Counted from the stretch's first letter, positions 38,384 to 48,968 are shown. The stretch is 64,000 bases of DNA from an uncultured Alphaproteobacteria bacterium (GCA_963709765.1 CAVPXL010000001.1:33558-97557), one strand, 5' to 3'. Notes: generated by a model not told the origin, from the sequence alone. Numbers and translations: made by a program.

Positions 38384-39730
38384 ATGAGAACAGGCCCGAT
38401 CCACGTCCTCGGCCAGCTGGCGCTCTGCACCGCGCTGAGCCTGCCCGCCGCCGCGCAGGACATCCGCTTCTGGACCACCGAGGAACAGCCCGAACGACTC
38501 GAGAAGCAGCAGCAGATGGCCGCCGACTTCGAGGCGGCCTCCGGCATCGCCGTCGAGATCATCCCGGTCACCGAAAGCGACCTCGGCACCCGCGCCACCG
38601 CCGCCTACGCCGCCGGCGACCTGCCCGACGTGATCTACCACCCGCTGCAATACGCGCTGACCTGGGTCGATGCCGGCATCCTCGACGCCGACGCCGCGAC
38701 CGAGGTGATCGAGATGCTGGGCCCCGACACCTTCGCCCCCGGCGCCCTGGCGCTGGCCGCCACCGACGACGGCTGGGCCAGCGTCCCGGTCGACGGCTGG
38801 ACCCAGATGATCGTCTACCGCAAGGACCTCTTCGACGAGGCGGGCCTCGCGCCGCCCGACACCTTCGCCAACGTCGAGGCCGCCATCGACGCGCTCCACA
38901 ACCCGCCCGACATGTTCGGCTTCGTCGCCGCCACCAAGGTCGACGAGAACTTCATGTCCCAGGTGCTGGAACACATCTTCCTCGCCAACGGCGCCACCCC
39001 CGTCGGCCCCGACGGCTTCACCGGCTTCGACGAGGCGAAGACGGTCGAGGTGCTGAACTTCTACAAGAAACTCGCCGAGGCCTCGCCCCCGGGCGAGCTC
39101 TACTGGGACCAGTCGCGCAGCCTCTACTTCTCGGGCAACGCGGCGATGATCATCTGGTCGCCCTTCATCCTCGACGAACTCGCCGGCCTGCGCGACAGCG
39201 CGCCGCCCACCATCAACGACGACCCGACCTCGTCGGAGCTGGCCTCGAAGACCGGCATCGTCACCAACTTCGCCGGCCCCTCGAACCCCGAGGGCGCCGC
39301 CTGGGCCGACATCCGCTATCTCGGCATCACGGTCGACGCCGACATCGAGGCGGCGCAGGACTTCATCCGCTACTCCATGGACGAGGGCTACACCCAGACG
39401 CTCGCCATCGCGCCCGAGGGCAAGTTCCCGGTCCGCCGCGGCACCGCCGACGACCCGGAGGCCTTCGTCAATGCCTGGTCCGAACTGCCCGTGGGCGTCG
39501 ACCGCAAGGCGCCGCTCTCCGAGCTCTACGACGCCGCGATGGTCGACGAGATCGTCGGCGGCCTCGACGTGGCCCAGCGCTGGGGCGTCGCCGACGGACA
39601 GCTCGCGCTGGCCTCCAAGATCGTCAACTCCCAGGCCATCAACCGCCATGTGCGGGAGTTCATCGACGGGCGCAGCACGGCCGAGGAAACGGTCGCGGCG
39701 ATGAACGAGGAGCTCTCCGCGCTCCAGTGA
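38384..39730 (+). CDS. ABC transporter extracellular solute-binding protein (carbohydrate, family 1 type)
   Basis: Same frame as ORF 38291..39730, with ATG 38384 after AGGAGGGGG. The signal peptide is MRTGPIHVLGQLALCTALSLPAAAQ. Confidence 0.85.
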   Translation: MRTGPIHVLGQLALCTALSLPAAAQDIRFWTTEEQPERLEKQQQMAADFEAASGIAVEIIPVTESDLGTRATAAYAAGDLPDVIYHPLQYALTWVDAGILDADAATEVIEMLGPDTFAPGALALAATDDGWASVPVDGWTQMIVYRKDLFDEAGLAPPDTFANVEAAIDALHNPPDMFGFVAATKVDENFMSQVLEHIFLANGATPVGPDGFTGFDEAKTVEVLNFYKKLAEASPPGELYWDQSRSLYFSGNAAMIIWSPFILDELAGLRDSAPPTINDDPTSSELASKTGIVTNFAGPSNPEGAAWADIRYLGITVDADIEAAQDFIRYSMDEGYTQTLAIAPEGKFPVRRGTADDPEAFVNAWSELPVGVDRKAPLSELYDAAMVDEIVGGLDVAQRWGVADGQLALASKIVNSQAINRHVREFIDGRSTAEETVAAMNEELSALQ

Positions 39731-39800
39731 CACGAGCCCGGGCGCGCGGCCCGATCATCCCGCGCGCCCTCCACGGCGCCCCGCGAAAGGAGGCCCGGCG

Positions 39801-41099
39801 ATGAGCGACACGGCAGACAGACGCGGCAACCTCGTCGCCGCCGAGACCCGCGCGCTCGACCCTCCCGCGCCGCCAAAGGGCACCGGCCCCCTGTCGCGGC
39901 GCGAGGCGCGGCTCGCCTGGAGCCTGCTGCTGCCCACCATCCTCATCGTCTCGGTCGTCGTGATCCTGCCGCTCGTCTCGATCTTCTGGATCTCGGTCAA
40001 ACCCGTCGGCCTCGCCGATCTGCGCCCGCCCGCGCCCGTCGTGCGCGAGGCCCTGCGCGGCCGCCCCGAGGCGCCGGGCGACCCGGCACGCTGCAATACC
40101 GCCTGCGCAATTCCAGCCAGGACGAGCCGATCCGCGGCGTCGTCCTGACCGACACCTGCCCGAGGGCCTCGACCCCGGCGACCCTCGACGCGCGCTGCAC
40201 CCTCGACGGCCGCGCCCTGCGCTGCGACCTCGGCGACTTCGAGGGCGGCTACCGCGACCGAGATCGAGATCCCGGTCACCGTCACCCAAGCGTACCTCGA
40301 CGACCCCGTGGACATCGACGCCGTTCCCGCCGGCCTCACCGGGCGCGCCGAGAACATCCTGACCAGCATGGAGTTCACCGCCGCGAACTTCGCCCGCATC
40401 TTCGACGGCGACGAGTTCTGGGGCGTCCTCGGCGTCACCCTCTTCTACACCGTCTTCGGCACCATCGGCGCGCTGGTCATGGGCCTGTTCGCGGCCCTGC
40501 TGCTCGACCGCTCGTTCAAGGGCCAGGGATTCCTGCGCGGGCTCTACCTGTTTCCCTACGTCGCCCCGGTGATCGCCGTCGCCTTCACCTGGATCATCCT
40601 GTTCGACCCGTTCTCGGGCAGCGCCAACGCGCTCCTGATCCAGATGGGCGTCACCGATCAGGCCATCAACTTCTTCGGCCAGCGCCCGCTCGCGCTCATC
40701 ATGGTCACGGTGTTCGAGATCTGGCGCTACTTCCCGCTGTCGTTCCTGTTCATCCTGGCGCGGATGCAATCCATCGACACCGACATGTACGAGGCCGCCG
40801 AGATGGACGGCGCCTCCCCGTTCCAGCAATTCTGGTTCCTCTCCCTGCCGCAGCTCCTCGGCATCCTGTCGGTCCTGTTCCTGCTGCGCTTCATCTGGAC
40901 CTTCAACAAGTTCGACGACATCTTCCTGCTGACGGGCGGCAACGCCGGCACCCGCACGCTCACCGTCAACGTCTACGAACAGGCCTTCGCGATCTCCAAC
41001 ATCGGCGCCGGCGCGGCGGTGGCGGTGGTGATCTTCGCCTGCCTGCTGCTGTTCTCGTTCTTCTTCTTCCGCTTCATCAGCCGGGAGGAAGGGCTGTGA
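39801..41099 (+). pseudogene. Carbohydrate ABC transporter permease (MalF/UgpA-like) with a long periplasmic insert; at least 2 frame breaks
   Basis: The N-terminus and TM1 lie in ORF 39801..40148. The middle part (TLQYRLRNSSQDEPIRGVVLTDT...CDLGDFEG) lies in a second frame. The remainder (ATATEIEIPVTVTQAYLDDPVDID... through the EAA-type loop MYEAAEMDGASPFQQF) lies in ORF 40308..41099. The switches are near 40084-40086 and about 40245. Confidence 0.7.
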
Positions 41100-41210
41100 G
41101 CGCGCACCTCGACCGGCCTGCGGCCCCGGACCGCCGGGGAGGGCGGCCTCGGGGCATCGAGCCCGGTGCCTCCGGCACCGCCCCTGTCCCACCCGGCGCG
41201 CGGAGGCACC

Positions 41211-42424
41211 ATGAGCATGCTTCGGCACGGCTTCGTCACCGGCCCGATCTCGGGGCGATCTGGCTCTTCGTGGTCGCCACCACCGTCGCGGTCATCATGT
41301 CCTTCGCCACCGGCGACGCCTTCCGCCCCGCGCTGCTCGCGTCGGTGATCCTCGGCGCGCTTCTCGGCTTCGTGGCGGTCAGGTTCCGCACCCTGGCCCT
41401 CACCGGCGCCGCCGCCCTCGTGCTGACGGCGCTCGGCATGGTCGCGAATCTCGGGCCCGATCGTCACCGGCGACGTGTCGTGGCTGGCGTGGATCCATCG
41501 CCGCCCTCGCCACCGCCGCCGGCACCACCGTCGGCCTCGTCTGGATGGTCGCGAAACTTGCCCCCGGGCCCGGCCGACAAGCACGAGTTCGAGGATGCGG
41601 TGATCCGCTTCCTCGTCGGCTTCGGCTACGTCTTCTTCACCGCCATCGTCGCGATCCCGTTCTACGTGATGGTGATGACCTCGCTGAAGAACCAGTCCGA
41701 GCTGATCCAGAACCCGCTCGACTTCTCCATCGACCTCGGCCAGGGCGCCGGCCTCTTCCGCTCCTATTACGAGCTGATGACCGAGTTCAACTTCGGCTCC
41801 TACCTCTGGACCTCGTTCTTCGTCTCGGTGCTCACCGTGCTGATCACGCTGCTGTTCTCGGTGCCCGGCGCCTACGCCGTCGCGCGCCTGCGCTTTCGCG
41901 GCTCCGCGGCGTTCTCGCGCTCGATCCTGCTGATCTACATGGTGCCGATGATCGTGCTGGCGCTGCCCATCTACATCGTCTTCTCGATGACGGGGTTGCG
42001 CAACACGATCTTCGGTCTGGTGCTGATCTACCCCGTCACCACGATCCCGGTCGCGCTCTACATGCTCCAGGGCTATTTCCGCGGCCTTCCGGCGGAGGTC
42101 GAGGAGGCGGGCCTGATGGACGGCCTCTCGCGCCTCGCCGTGATCTGGAAGATCACCCTGCCGCTCTCGCTGCCGGCGCTGGCCTCGGTCTCGCTCTACG
42201 TCTTCATGATCGGCTGGAACGAGTTCCTGCTGGCCTTCATGCTGCTCGACGATCCGTCCAAGTTCACCCTGACCCGCGGCGTCGCGATGCTGAACTCGTC
42301 CGAGATCCCGCGCCAGCACCTGATGGCCGGCTCGGTCATCGCCACGGTGCCGATCATGGTCCTCTTCCTCGGCCTCGAACGCTTCATGACCGGCGGCCTC
42401 ACCGCCGGATCGGTCAAGGGATGA
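41211..42424 (+). pseudogene. Carbohydrate ABC transporter permease (MalG/UgpE-like) with an N-terminal extension of about 4 extra TM helices; several frame breaks in the extension
   Basis: The core (KHEFEDAVIRFLVGFGY... EEAGLMDGLSRLAVIWKITLP ...) lies in ORF 41096..42424. Hydrophobic helices in the first roughly 120 codons are spread over three frames, with switches near 41243, 41455, 41495 and 41565. ATG 41211 after GGAGG is the most credible start. The GTG at 41096 would give an Arg/Pro-rich leader. Confidence 0.65.
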
Positions 42425-42458
42425 GCCGCGCCCTCCGCATCCGCTCCTTGCGCCTCTC

Positions 42459-42475
42459 GGGGCGAAATTCGCCCC
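42459..42475 (+). terminator. Short perfect palindromic hairpin after the second permease gene
   Basis: GGGGCGAA-a-TTCGCCCC lies 35 nt after the stop at 42424. Confidence 0.3.
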
Positions 42476-42563
42476 ACCGCACGCTTTGAACTTTCGCGCG
42501 ATTTCTTGTCAGAAGTTGCAAATGGGGGGTCTGAAATTTGCTAGAAGTTGAAAGTTTCGCGCC

Positions 42564-43790
42564 ATGAGCGCCCTCGACGATCAGGCCCGCGCCATCCTGC
42601 GCGCCAACGACAGGGGCGGCTACACCATCCCCACCAAGGGCCTCTACCCCTACCAGTGGAACTGGGACAGCGCCTTTGCAGCGTGGGGTTTCTCGACCTT
42701 CGACCCCGACCGCGCGTGGACCGAGATCGAGACCCTCCTCTCCGGCCAGTGGCCCAACGGCATGGTCCCCCACATCCTCTTCCACAAGTCCGATCCCGGC
42801 TACTTTCCGGGCCCCGACGTGTGGGGCTGCGACGGTCCCATCGCCTCATCGGGCATCACGCAACCCCCTGTCGCTGCAACATTTCTTCGCGCCGTGCACG
42901 AGGTCGCGCCGGACCCGGAGCGCCTCGCCCCGCTGGTCGAGAAGCTCACCGACTGGCACCGCTGGTTCATGGAATGGCGCCTCGATCACGGCGCCGTCTG
43001 CGTCACCCATCCGTGGGAATCCGGCCGCGACAACGCCCCCGACTGGGACGCCGCCATGGCCGCCATCGACCCGAAAGGCGTCGGCGACTACACCCGCCGC
43101 GACACCGGCCACGTCGACCCCTCCATGCGCCCCACCAAGGCCGATTACGACCGCTACATCTGGCTCGTCCAGCGCGGCCGCCGCCTCGGCTGGGACGACG
43201 CCGCCATGCTGCGCGACACGCCATTCCGGGTGGCGGATCCCACGATGACCTTCATTTTATTGCGCGCCTGCAATGACTTGGTGGCTCTGGGCGGCCCGGC
43301 GGACGAGATCGCGACCTGGATCGTCACGCTCGAAAAAGGCGCCGCCGGCCTCTGGAACCAAGACATCGGCGCGCATGACAGCCGCGACGCCCTGACCGGC
43401 CGCCGCTCCGGCGCGGTCACCAACGCCTCGTTCCTGTGCTGGTACGCGGGCCTGCGCGACGACCGTCCGCTCGCCGCCTACGACCGGATCTGCGCCGCCG
43501 TCCCCCACCCCGTCGCCTCCTACGACCCCGCCGGACCGGCCTACGAGCGCCGCCGCTACTGGCGCGGCCCGGTCTGGCCGATGTTCAACGCCCTGATCGC
43601 CACCGGCCTGCGCGACGCGGGTCACGCCGACCGCGCCGAACACCTGCGCACGCAGACGCGGGCCCTCATCGAAGCGGCTGGTTTCGCTGAATATTTCGAC
43701 CCGGAAGACGGCAGTCCGGCCGGCGGCCACGACTTCACCTGGACAGCCGCGATCTGGCTTGCCTGGCTCACGCACGGGACACACACATGA
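42564..43790 (+). CDS. GH63-like (alpha/alpha)6 glycoside hydrolase, glucosylglycerate/mannosylglycerate-hydrolase-like
   Basis: ORF track. The segments [26 protein letters not shown] and [26 protein letters not shown] resemble MGH/GgH-type enzymes. This is recognised from memory and was not searched. Confidence 0.7.
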   Translation: MSALDDQARAILRANDRGGYTIPTKGLYPYQWNWDSAFAAWGFSTFDPDRAWTEIETLLSGQWPNGMVPHILFHKSDPGYFPGPDVWGCDGPIASSGITQPPVAATFLRAVHEVAPDPERLAPLVEKLTDWHRWFMEWRLDHGAVCVTHPWESGRDNAPDWDAAMAAIDPKGVGDYTRRDTGHVDPSMRPTKADYDRYIWLVQRGRRLGWDDAAMLRDTPFRVADPTMTFILLRACNDLVALGGPADEIATWIVTLEKGAAGLWNQDIGAHDSRDALTGRRSGAVTNASFLCWYAGLRDDRPLAAYDRICAAVPHPVASYDPAGPAYERRRYWRGPVWPMFNALIATGLRDAGHADRAEHLRTQTRALIEAAGFAEYFDPEDGSPAGGHDFTWTAAIWLAWLTHGTHT

Positions 43791-43842
43791 CCCCGCACGC
43801 CAAGAGCGGACGAGCGGGCGGCGAGACGAGGGGAGTACAAGC

Positions 43843-44866
43843 ATGGGCGCGATAGAACTCCGGGCAGTCGAGAAATGGTTCGGCGAGCTTCAGGTCATCA
43901 AGGGCGTGGACCTCGAGATCTCCGATGGCGAGTTCGTCATTTTCGTCGGCCCCTCCGGCTGCGGAAAGTCGACGCTCCTGCGGATGATCGGCGGGCTTGA
44001 GGAAACCAGCCGCGGCCAGATCCTCATCGACGGGCGCGACGTCACCGCCGAGCCGCCGTCCAAGCGCGGCCTCGCCATGGTCTTCCAGTCCTACGCGCTC
44101 TACCCGCACATGACCGTGCGCGAGAACATCGGATTTCCCCTCAAGACCGCCGGCGCTTCGAAGGGCCGAGGTGGAGGAGAAGGTCGCCGAGGCCGCCCGT
44201 GCCCTGCGGCTCGAACCGCTGCTCGACCGCCGGCCCAAGGCGCTCTCGGGCGGCCAGCGGCAACGGGTCGCCATTGGCCGCTCCATCGTCCGCGACCCGG
44301 CGGCGTTTCTCTTCGACGAGCCGCTCTCGAACCTCGACGCGGCGCTCAGGGTGGAGATGCGCTACGAGATCGCCAAGCTGCACCAGCAGCTCGACACGAC
44401 GATGATCTACGTCACCCACGATCAGGTGGAGGCGATGACGCTCGCCGACCGGATCGTCGTGCTGGAGGCGGGCCGGATCGCGCAGGTGGGCTCCCCCCGC
44501 GAGCTCTACGAGCGGCCGGCGAACCTCTTCGTCGCGCAATTCATCGGCAGCCCGAAGATGAACCTCATCGCCCTCGATCAGGGTGACGCGCCGATCGCCG
44601 CGCCGCCCGAGGCCGTGCAGACGGGCGTGCGGCCCGAACACATCCACCTGACCGGTCCGGGCGAAGGCACGCTCGACGCGACGGTGGACCTGCTGGAATA
44701 TCTCGGCGCGGATACTTTCGTGATCGCCGATGCCGGCCCGGCGGGAAGGATTACCATCCGGAGCGACGGGACCGAGGGACTCAAGCCGGGCGCCCGGGTC
44801 GGCCTCGCCTTCGAGCCGGAGCGGATGCAATATTTCGACACCGAGGGTCAGGCTCTGCGGGCCTGA
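43843..44866 (+). pseudogene. Sugar ABC transporter ATP-binding protein (UgpC/MalK-like) with one frame break
   Basis: The N-terminus with Walker A (GPSGCGKST) lies in the frame of ORF 43759..44586. From [11 protein letters not shown]... on ([24 protein letters not shown]) it lies in ORF 44171..44866. The switch is at the GGG run 44163-44165. Confidence 0.8.
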
Positions 44867-45342
44867 TCCGGCATTCCCTGATCCGGCTGGGCCGCGCCGG
44901 ACGTGCCGTTCTGCGGCCGGGTGTCCATCGATCGCAGCAACGCCGACAGACCCTGTTCGAGGGCCGCGCGATCCCGTGACCGCATGCCGCCCAGCATCTC
45001 GGTGGCGCGCGCCTCGACCTGCGGCAGCGCTTCGGCGAACAGATGGCGGCCCGCCTCGGTGCAGCGATAGACGCGGAGGCGCTTGTCCCTGAGGTCGATC
45101 CGGCGCGAGATCAGGCCCTTGGCCTCCAGCCGTTGCGCGGCCCGGCTGACCTGCACCTTGTCGAGCGTCGTCCGCCGCGCCAGCTCGACCGAGGTGACCT
45201 GCTCGGTGCCCGCCAACAGGAAGAGCAGGCGCCATTCCTCCCGCGACAGGCCATAGGCGCGGCCATAGACCTCCGCCAGGTTTCGCGAGAACGTCTCGGC
45301 GGCGACGGCGAAGCGGTAGGGAAAGAACGTTTCCAGATCCAT
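44848..45342 (-). CDS. MarR-family transcriptional regulator
   Basis: Based on ORF 44848..45348. The winged helix reads [57 protein letters not shown]. It is a paralogue of the MarR gene at 54560. Confidence 0.8.
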   Translation of the reverse strand: MDLETFFPYRFAVAAETFSRNLAEVYGRAYGLSREEWRLLFLLAGTEQVTSVELARRTTLDKVQVSRAAQRLEAKGLISRRIDLRDKRLRVYRCTEAGRHLFAEALPQVEARATEMLGGMRSRDRAALEQGLSALLRSMDTRPQNGTSGAAQPDQGMPDQARRA

Positions 45343-45372
45343 CGGCACTCCTGCCTGTCCATGCGCACGGCT

Positions 45373-45390
45373 TCGTTACAATCGCAACGA
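45373..45390. promoter_or_regulatory. 7-4-7 palindromic operator-like site (TCGTTAC-aatc-GCAACGA)
   Basis: It lies in the marR/VOC divergent intergenic region. The same architecture occurs at 54487..54504. An extra half-site ATTCGTTGCAT lies at 45429..45439. Confidence 0.4.
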
Positions 45391-45463
45391 TTTGATCTTG
45401 GTCAAGTCCTGATCGACCGATCGCTGATATTCGTTGCATATGCTATGAAAAGGGAGACGCCGA

Positions 45464-46021
45464 ATGCCTGCGCCAGATCTTCGGATCGAAAAGATCCATC
45501 ATGTCGCCTACCGCTGCAAGGACGCGAAGGAGACAGTCGATTTCTATACGAAAAAGTTGAACATGGGATTTGTCCTCGCGATCGCCGAGGACAGCGTTCC
45601 GTCGACCCATGAGCCCGATCCCTACATGCACATCTTCCTTGATGCGGGAAATGGCAACGTCCTCGCCTTCTTCGAGCTGCCGACGAAACCGGAGATGGGG
45701 CGCGACGAGAACACGCCGCCATGGGTGCAGCACATCGCCTTCAAGGTGAAGGACCGCGACACCCTGCTGGGTTTCAGGGAGCACCTCGAAGCGAACGGCG
45801 TCGAAGTGCTGGGCGTGACCGATCACTCGATCTTCCACTCGATCTACTTCTTCGATCCCAACGGCCACCGCGTGGAGCTCGCCTGCCCCGATCCGGCCGA
45901 GGACGAGATGCTCAAGCGGCTCGATGCCGTGAAATGGGACATGCTCGAGGAATGGTCCCGCACCAAGAAGGCGCCGCGCCACGCCGACTGGCTGCACGCC
46001 AGGGAACTGCAGAAGGCCTGA
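45464..46021 (+). CDS. VOC-family (glyoxalase/extradiol-dioxygenase-fold) protein
   Basis: ORF track. The product reads IHHVAYRCKDAKETVDFYTKKLNM...VQHIAFKV...FFDPNGHRVEL. Confidence 0.8.
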   Translation: MPAPDLRIEKIHHVAYRCKDAKETVDFYTKKLNMGFVLAIAEDSVPSTHEPDPYMHIFLDAGNGNVLAFFELPTKPEMGRDENTPPWVQHIAFKVKDRDTLLGFREHLEANGVEVLGVTDHSIFHSIYFFDPNGHRVELACPDPAEDEMLKRLDAVKWDMLEEWSRTKKAPRHADWLHARELQKA

Positions 46022-46069
46022 GACCTTCTCGCCCCGGTCCCGGCCTGAGCCGGGTCCGGGGTCTTGCCG

Positions 46070-47385
46070 CTACATCGCCCCGACCAGCCAGAGCGACAGG
46101 GCGGGAACCGCGATCAGCAGCATCAGCCGCACGATATCGGCCACCCAGAACGGCAGCACGCCGCGGAAGATCGTGCCGAGCGACACGTCACGCAGCACCC
46201 CCTTCAGCACGAAGACGTTCATGCCCACCGGCGGCGTGATAAGGCTGATCTCGGTCGCGACCACCACCACGATGGCGAACCAGATGAGCGCGTTCTCGGG
46301 ATCGCGCAACAGCTCGTTCTGGAACGGCAGCTCGTACATCAGCGGATAGAAGACCGGCACCGTCAAAAGGATCATCGACAGGCTTTCCAGCACACAGCCG
46401 AGGATCAGGTAGACGACGACGATGAAGACCATAACCGCCCAGACCGGCATGTCATAATCCGCCACCATCCCCGCCAGCGCGTCGGGCAGACCGGCGAAGT
46501 TGATGAAGTTGGTGAAAAGCTCCGCGCCGATGATCACCGCGAAGATCATCGCCGTGGCGCGGATGCTGTCGAAAGTGGCCTCCGAAAGGTCGCGCAAGGA
46601 CATGGTGCGCAGGGCCAGCGCGATCAGAAGCGCCGCCCCGGCGCCCATCCCCGCCGCTTCGGTCGGGGTGAAGAAGCCGCCGTAGATACCACCCATGATG
46701 AAGAGAAAGAGGCCGAGCACGCAGATCACGCCGATCAGGTCGGCGCGGCTCATCGGTTCGCTGCCCTCGGTGTCGGGCGCGAGCGTCGGGTCGATCGCCA
46801 CCGCCGCCTTGACCGCCACGAGGTAGAAAAGCACGCCGATCACCCCCGGCACGATCCCCGCGATAAAAGCTTGGCGATGTTGGTTTCGGTCAACAGCCCG
46901 TAGATGATCAGGATCACCGAGGGCGGGATCAGGATGCCGAGCGTGCCCCCTGCCGCGATGGAGCCGGTCGCCAGCCGGTCGTCGTAGCCGAAGCGGCGCA
47001 TCGACGGCATCGCGACCTTCGACATCGTGGCCGCCGTCGCGAGCGACGATCCGCAAACGGCCGAGAAGCCGCCACAGGAAAACACCGACGCCATCGCCAG
47101 CCCGCCCCTGGTCCGCCCGAACAGGCGGTTCGCCCCGGCGAAGAGGCCATGCGCCACGCCCGACGCCGCGAGGATGTTGCCCATGAAGATGAAAAGGGGA
47201 ATGACCGACAGGGAATAGGAGAGCCCGGTGTCGAAGGCCACCTGCCCCGTCATCGCCCAGGCCGGCCCCCAGCCGCGCAGGAGCGCGAAGCCGATGCCGC
47301 CCACGGCCGCCATGGCAAAGGCGATCGGCACCCGCAGCAGGATCAGCCCGAGCAGGACTCCGAACCCCAGAAGCAATTCCGTCAC
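46070..47385 (-). pseudogene. dctM: TRAP transporter large permease (DctM) with one frame break
   Basis: The N-terminal half lies in ORF 46840..47571; its GTG at 47385 overlaps the dctQ stop. The C-terminal half lies in ORF 46070..47404. The junction reads ...GLLTETNIAK/FIAGIVPG... at the A-run 46865-46868. Confidence 0.8.
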
Positions 47386-47930
47386 AGCGCGCCCTCCTCG
47401 CCACGATCGACGTCCTGATCCGGCGGCTGGATGCCGCGAAGAAACGCGATGAACGCGCTCACCAGACACGAGAACGCCGCAAGAAAACCGAACGGCGCCA
47501 GCGGGATGGCGAGCGAATTCGTGACCGCTCCGTCGCTGGCCGCCTTGAGCGCATGCGACGCCAACCGCCACGCGAACGTCGCCAGAAGCGCAGCCGAGAA
47601 GAGCCCCGCAAAGGCCGAGAGCAGGCGATCGGCGCCACGGCCCAGAAACGCCGTGAGCAGGTCGACCTCCACATGCTCGCGCCGCTCGGTCGTGAGCGGC
47701 AGCGCCATGAAGACAAGCGCCGCCAGAAGGATCTCGGTCAGCTCGAAGGCACCCGTCAGCGGCGCGGAAAAGAAGTAGCGGCCCACCACGTCGACGCAGG
47801 TGATGAGCACCAGGCTGAACAGGATCAGCGATGCCGCCAGACCCAGCGACTTCTCCAGCAGCGGGCGGATGTCGAGCGGGGCCTCTCCCTTGTGGGGAGA
47901 GGCCAGTCGTTCACGCCTTGTCGGAGCCAT
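47382..47930 (-). CDS. dctQ: TRAP transporter small permease (DctQ)
   Basis: ORF track. It has four hydrophobic segments and the motif VDVVGRYFF. Confidence 0.75.
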   Translation of the reverse strand: MAPTRRERLASPHKGEAPLDIRPLLEKSLGLAASLILFSLVLITCVDVVGRYFFSAPLTGAFELTEILLAALVFMALPLTTERREHVEVDLLTAFLGRGADRLLSAFAGLFSAALLATFAWRLASHALKAASDGAVTNSLAIPLAPFGFLAAFSCLVSAFIAFLRGIQPPDQDVDRGEEGAL

Positions 47931-47933
47931 CGA

Positions 47934-48968
47934 TCAGAACGCGACGCCGGTCTGACCGCGCATGGCATCGAGTGCCGCCTGCCCGTCGAACCCGTCTTCC
48001 GCGATTGCATCGGACCATTGCTGCTCATACTTGGCCGCGCGCGACTTGATTTCTTCCAGGAGCGGGGCGGGCGCATCGTAGATCTCGATGCCCGCAGCCT
48101 CGATCTTCTTTATCGCAGCCTCGTCGGCGCCGTTCCACGCTTCGCCCACGCGCTCGGCAAAGGCCTCGCCCGAGATCGACATGATCGCTTCCTGATCCTC
48201 GGCCGAGATCTCGTTCCATTTGCCCTCGTTCATCACGAGGAACCAGGTGGTGTTGTAGAGCCCGCCCGGCACCCGCATCGAGTACTTCAGGTCGTCGGTG
48301 AGATTGAATGCGGTCAGCGCCTCGTAGGTGAAGGTCACGCCGTCGATCACGCCCCGCGAGAGCTTCTCGTAGACCTCGCCCGACGACATGAAGAGCGTCG
48401 TCGCGCCCAGATCGGTCATCAGCTCCGAGATGTAGCCGCCCGGCGTGCGGATCTTGAGTCCCGCCATATCGTCGAGCGTTTCGATCTTGCGGACGTTGTT
48501 GTGCAGGATGCCGGGACCGTGGACGAAAAGGCCAAGCAGCTTGACGCCCTCGTGTTCCGCGTCAGCGTCGAGCATTTCGGTGTAGACGTTCCAGAACGCC
48601 TTGGAGCCCGACACCGCATCGTCGCCGATGAACGAGAACTGGCCGATGCGCGAGCGCTCGAAGCGGTCATCGGTGGTGAACGAATGCAGGCCGTAGGTGA
48701 TGTCGGCCACGCCGTCGGCGGCCATGTCGTAATGCGCCGGCGGCGGGCCGAGCGGCTTGGCGAGCACGCGGACATTCACGCGGCCGTCGGTCACCTCGCT
48801 CACTTCGCGCGCCCAAGGCTTGATCGCGTTGACCACGATCGGATGGCGCGGCGGCAGCCAGCTCGACAGCACGAGATCGGTCTCCGCGATCGCGGTGGTG
48901 GCAAATGTGCCGGCCGCGAGCGCGGCACCGGTCAGAAGCTTGCCAAGCCCTGCAAGAGCTTTGGTCAT
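47934..48968 (-). CDS. dctP: TRAP transporter substrate-binding protein (DctP family)
   Basis: Same frame as ORF 47934..49076, with ATG 48968 after GGAGGAGGAG. The signal peptide is MTKALAGLGKLLTGAALAAGTFATTAIA. Confidence 0.85.
   Translation of the reverse strand: MTKALAGLGKLLTGAALAAGTFATTAIAETDLVLSSWLPPRHPIVVNAIKPWAREVSEVTDGRVNVRVLAKPLGPPPAHYDMAADGVADITYGLHSFTTDDRFERSRIGQFSFIGDDAVSGSKAFWNVYTEMLDADAEHEGVKLLGLFVHGPGILHNNVRKIETLDDMAGLKIRTPGGYISELMTDLGATTLFMSSGEVYEKLSRGVIDGVTFTYEALTAFNLTDDLKYSMRVPGGLYNTTWFLVMNEGKWNEISAEDQEAIMSISGEAFAERVGEAWNGADEAAIKKIEAAGIEIYDAPAPLLEEIKSRAAKYEQQWSDAIAEDGFDGQAALDAMRGQTGVAF

Noticed and set aside
41096-41210. The GTG start at 41096 (GTGA overlap with permease 1), which would give a 442-aa permease 2.
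   Set aside because: The first roughly 38 codons (MSAHLDRPAAPDRRGGRPRGIEPGASGTAPVPPGARRHHEH...) are Arg/Pro/Gly-rich and not membrane-protein-like. ATG 41211, preceded by GGAGG, fits better, although it then requires a frame correction.
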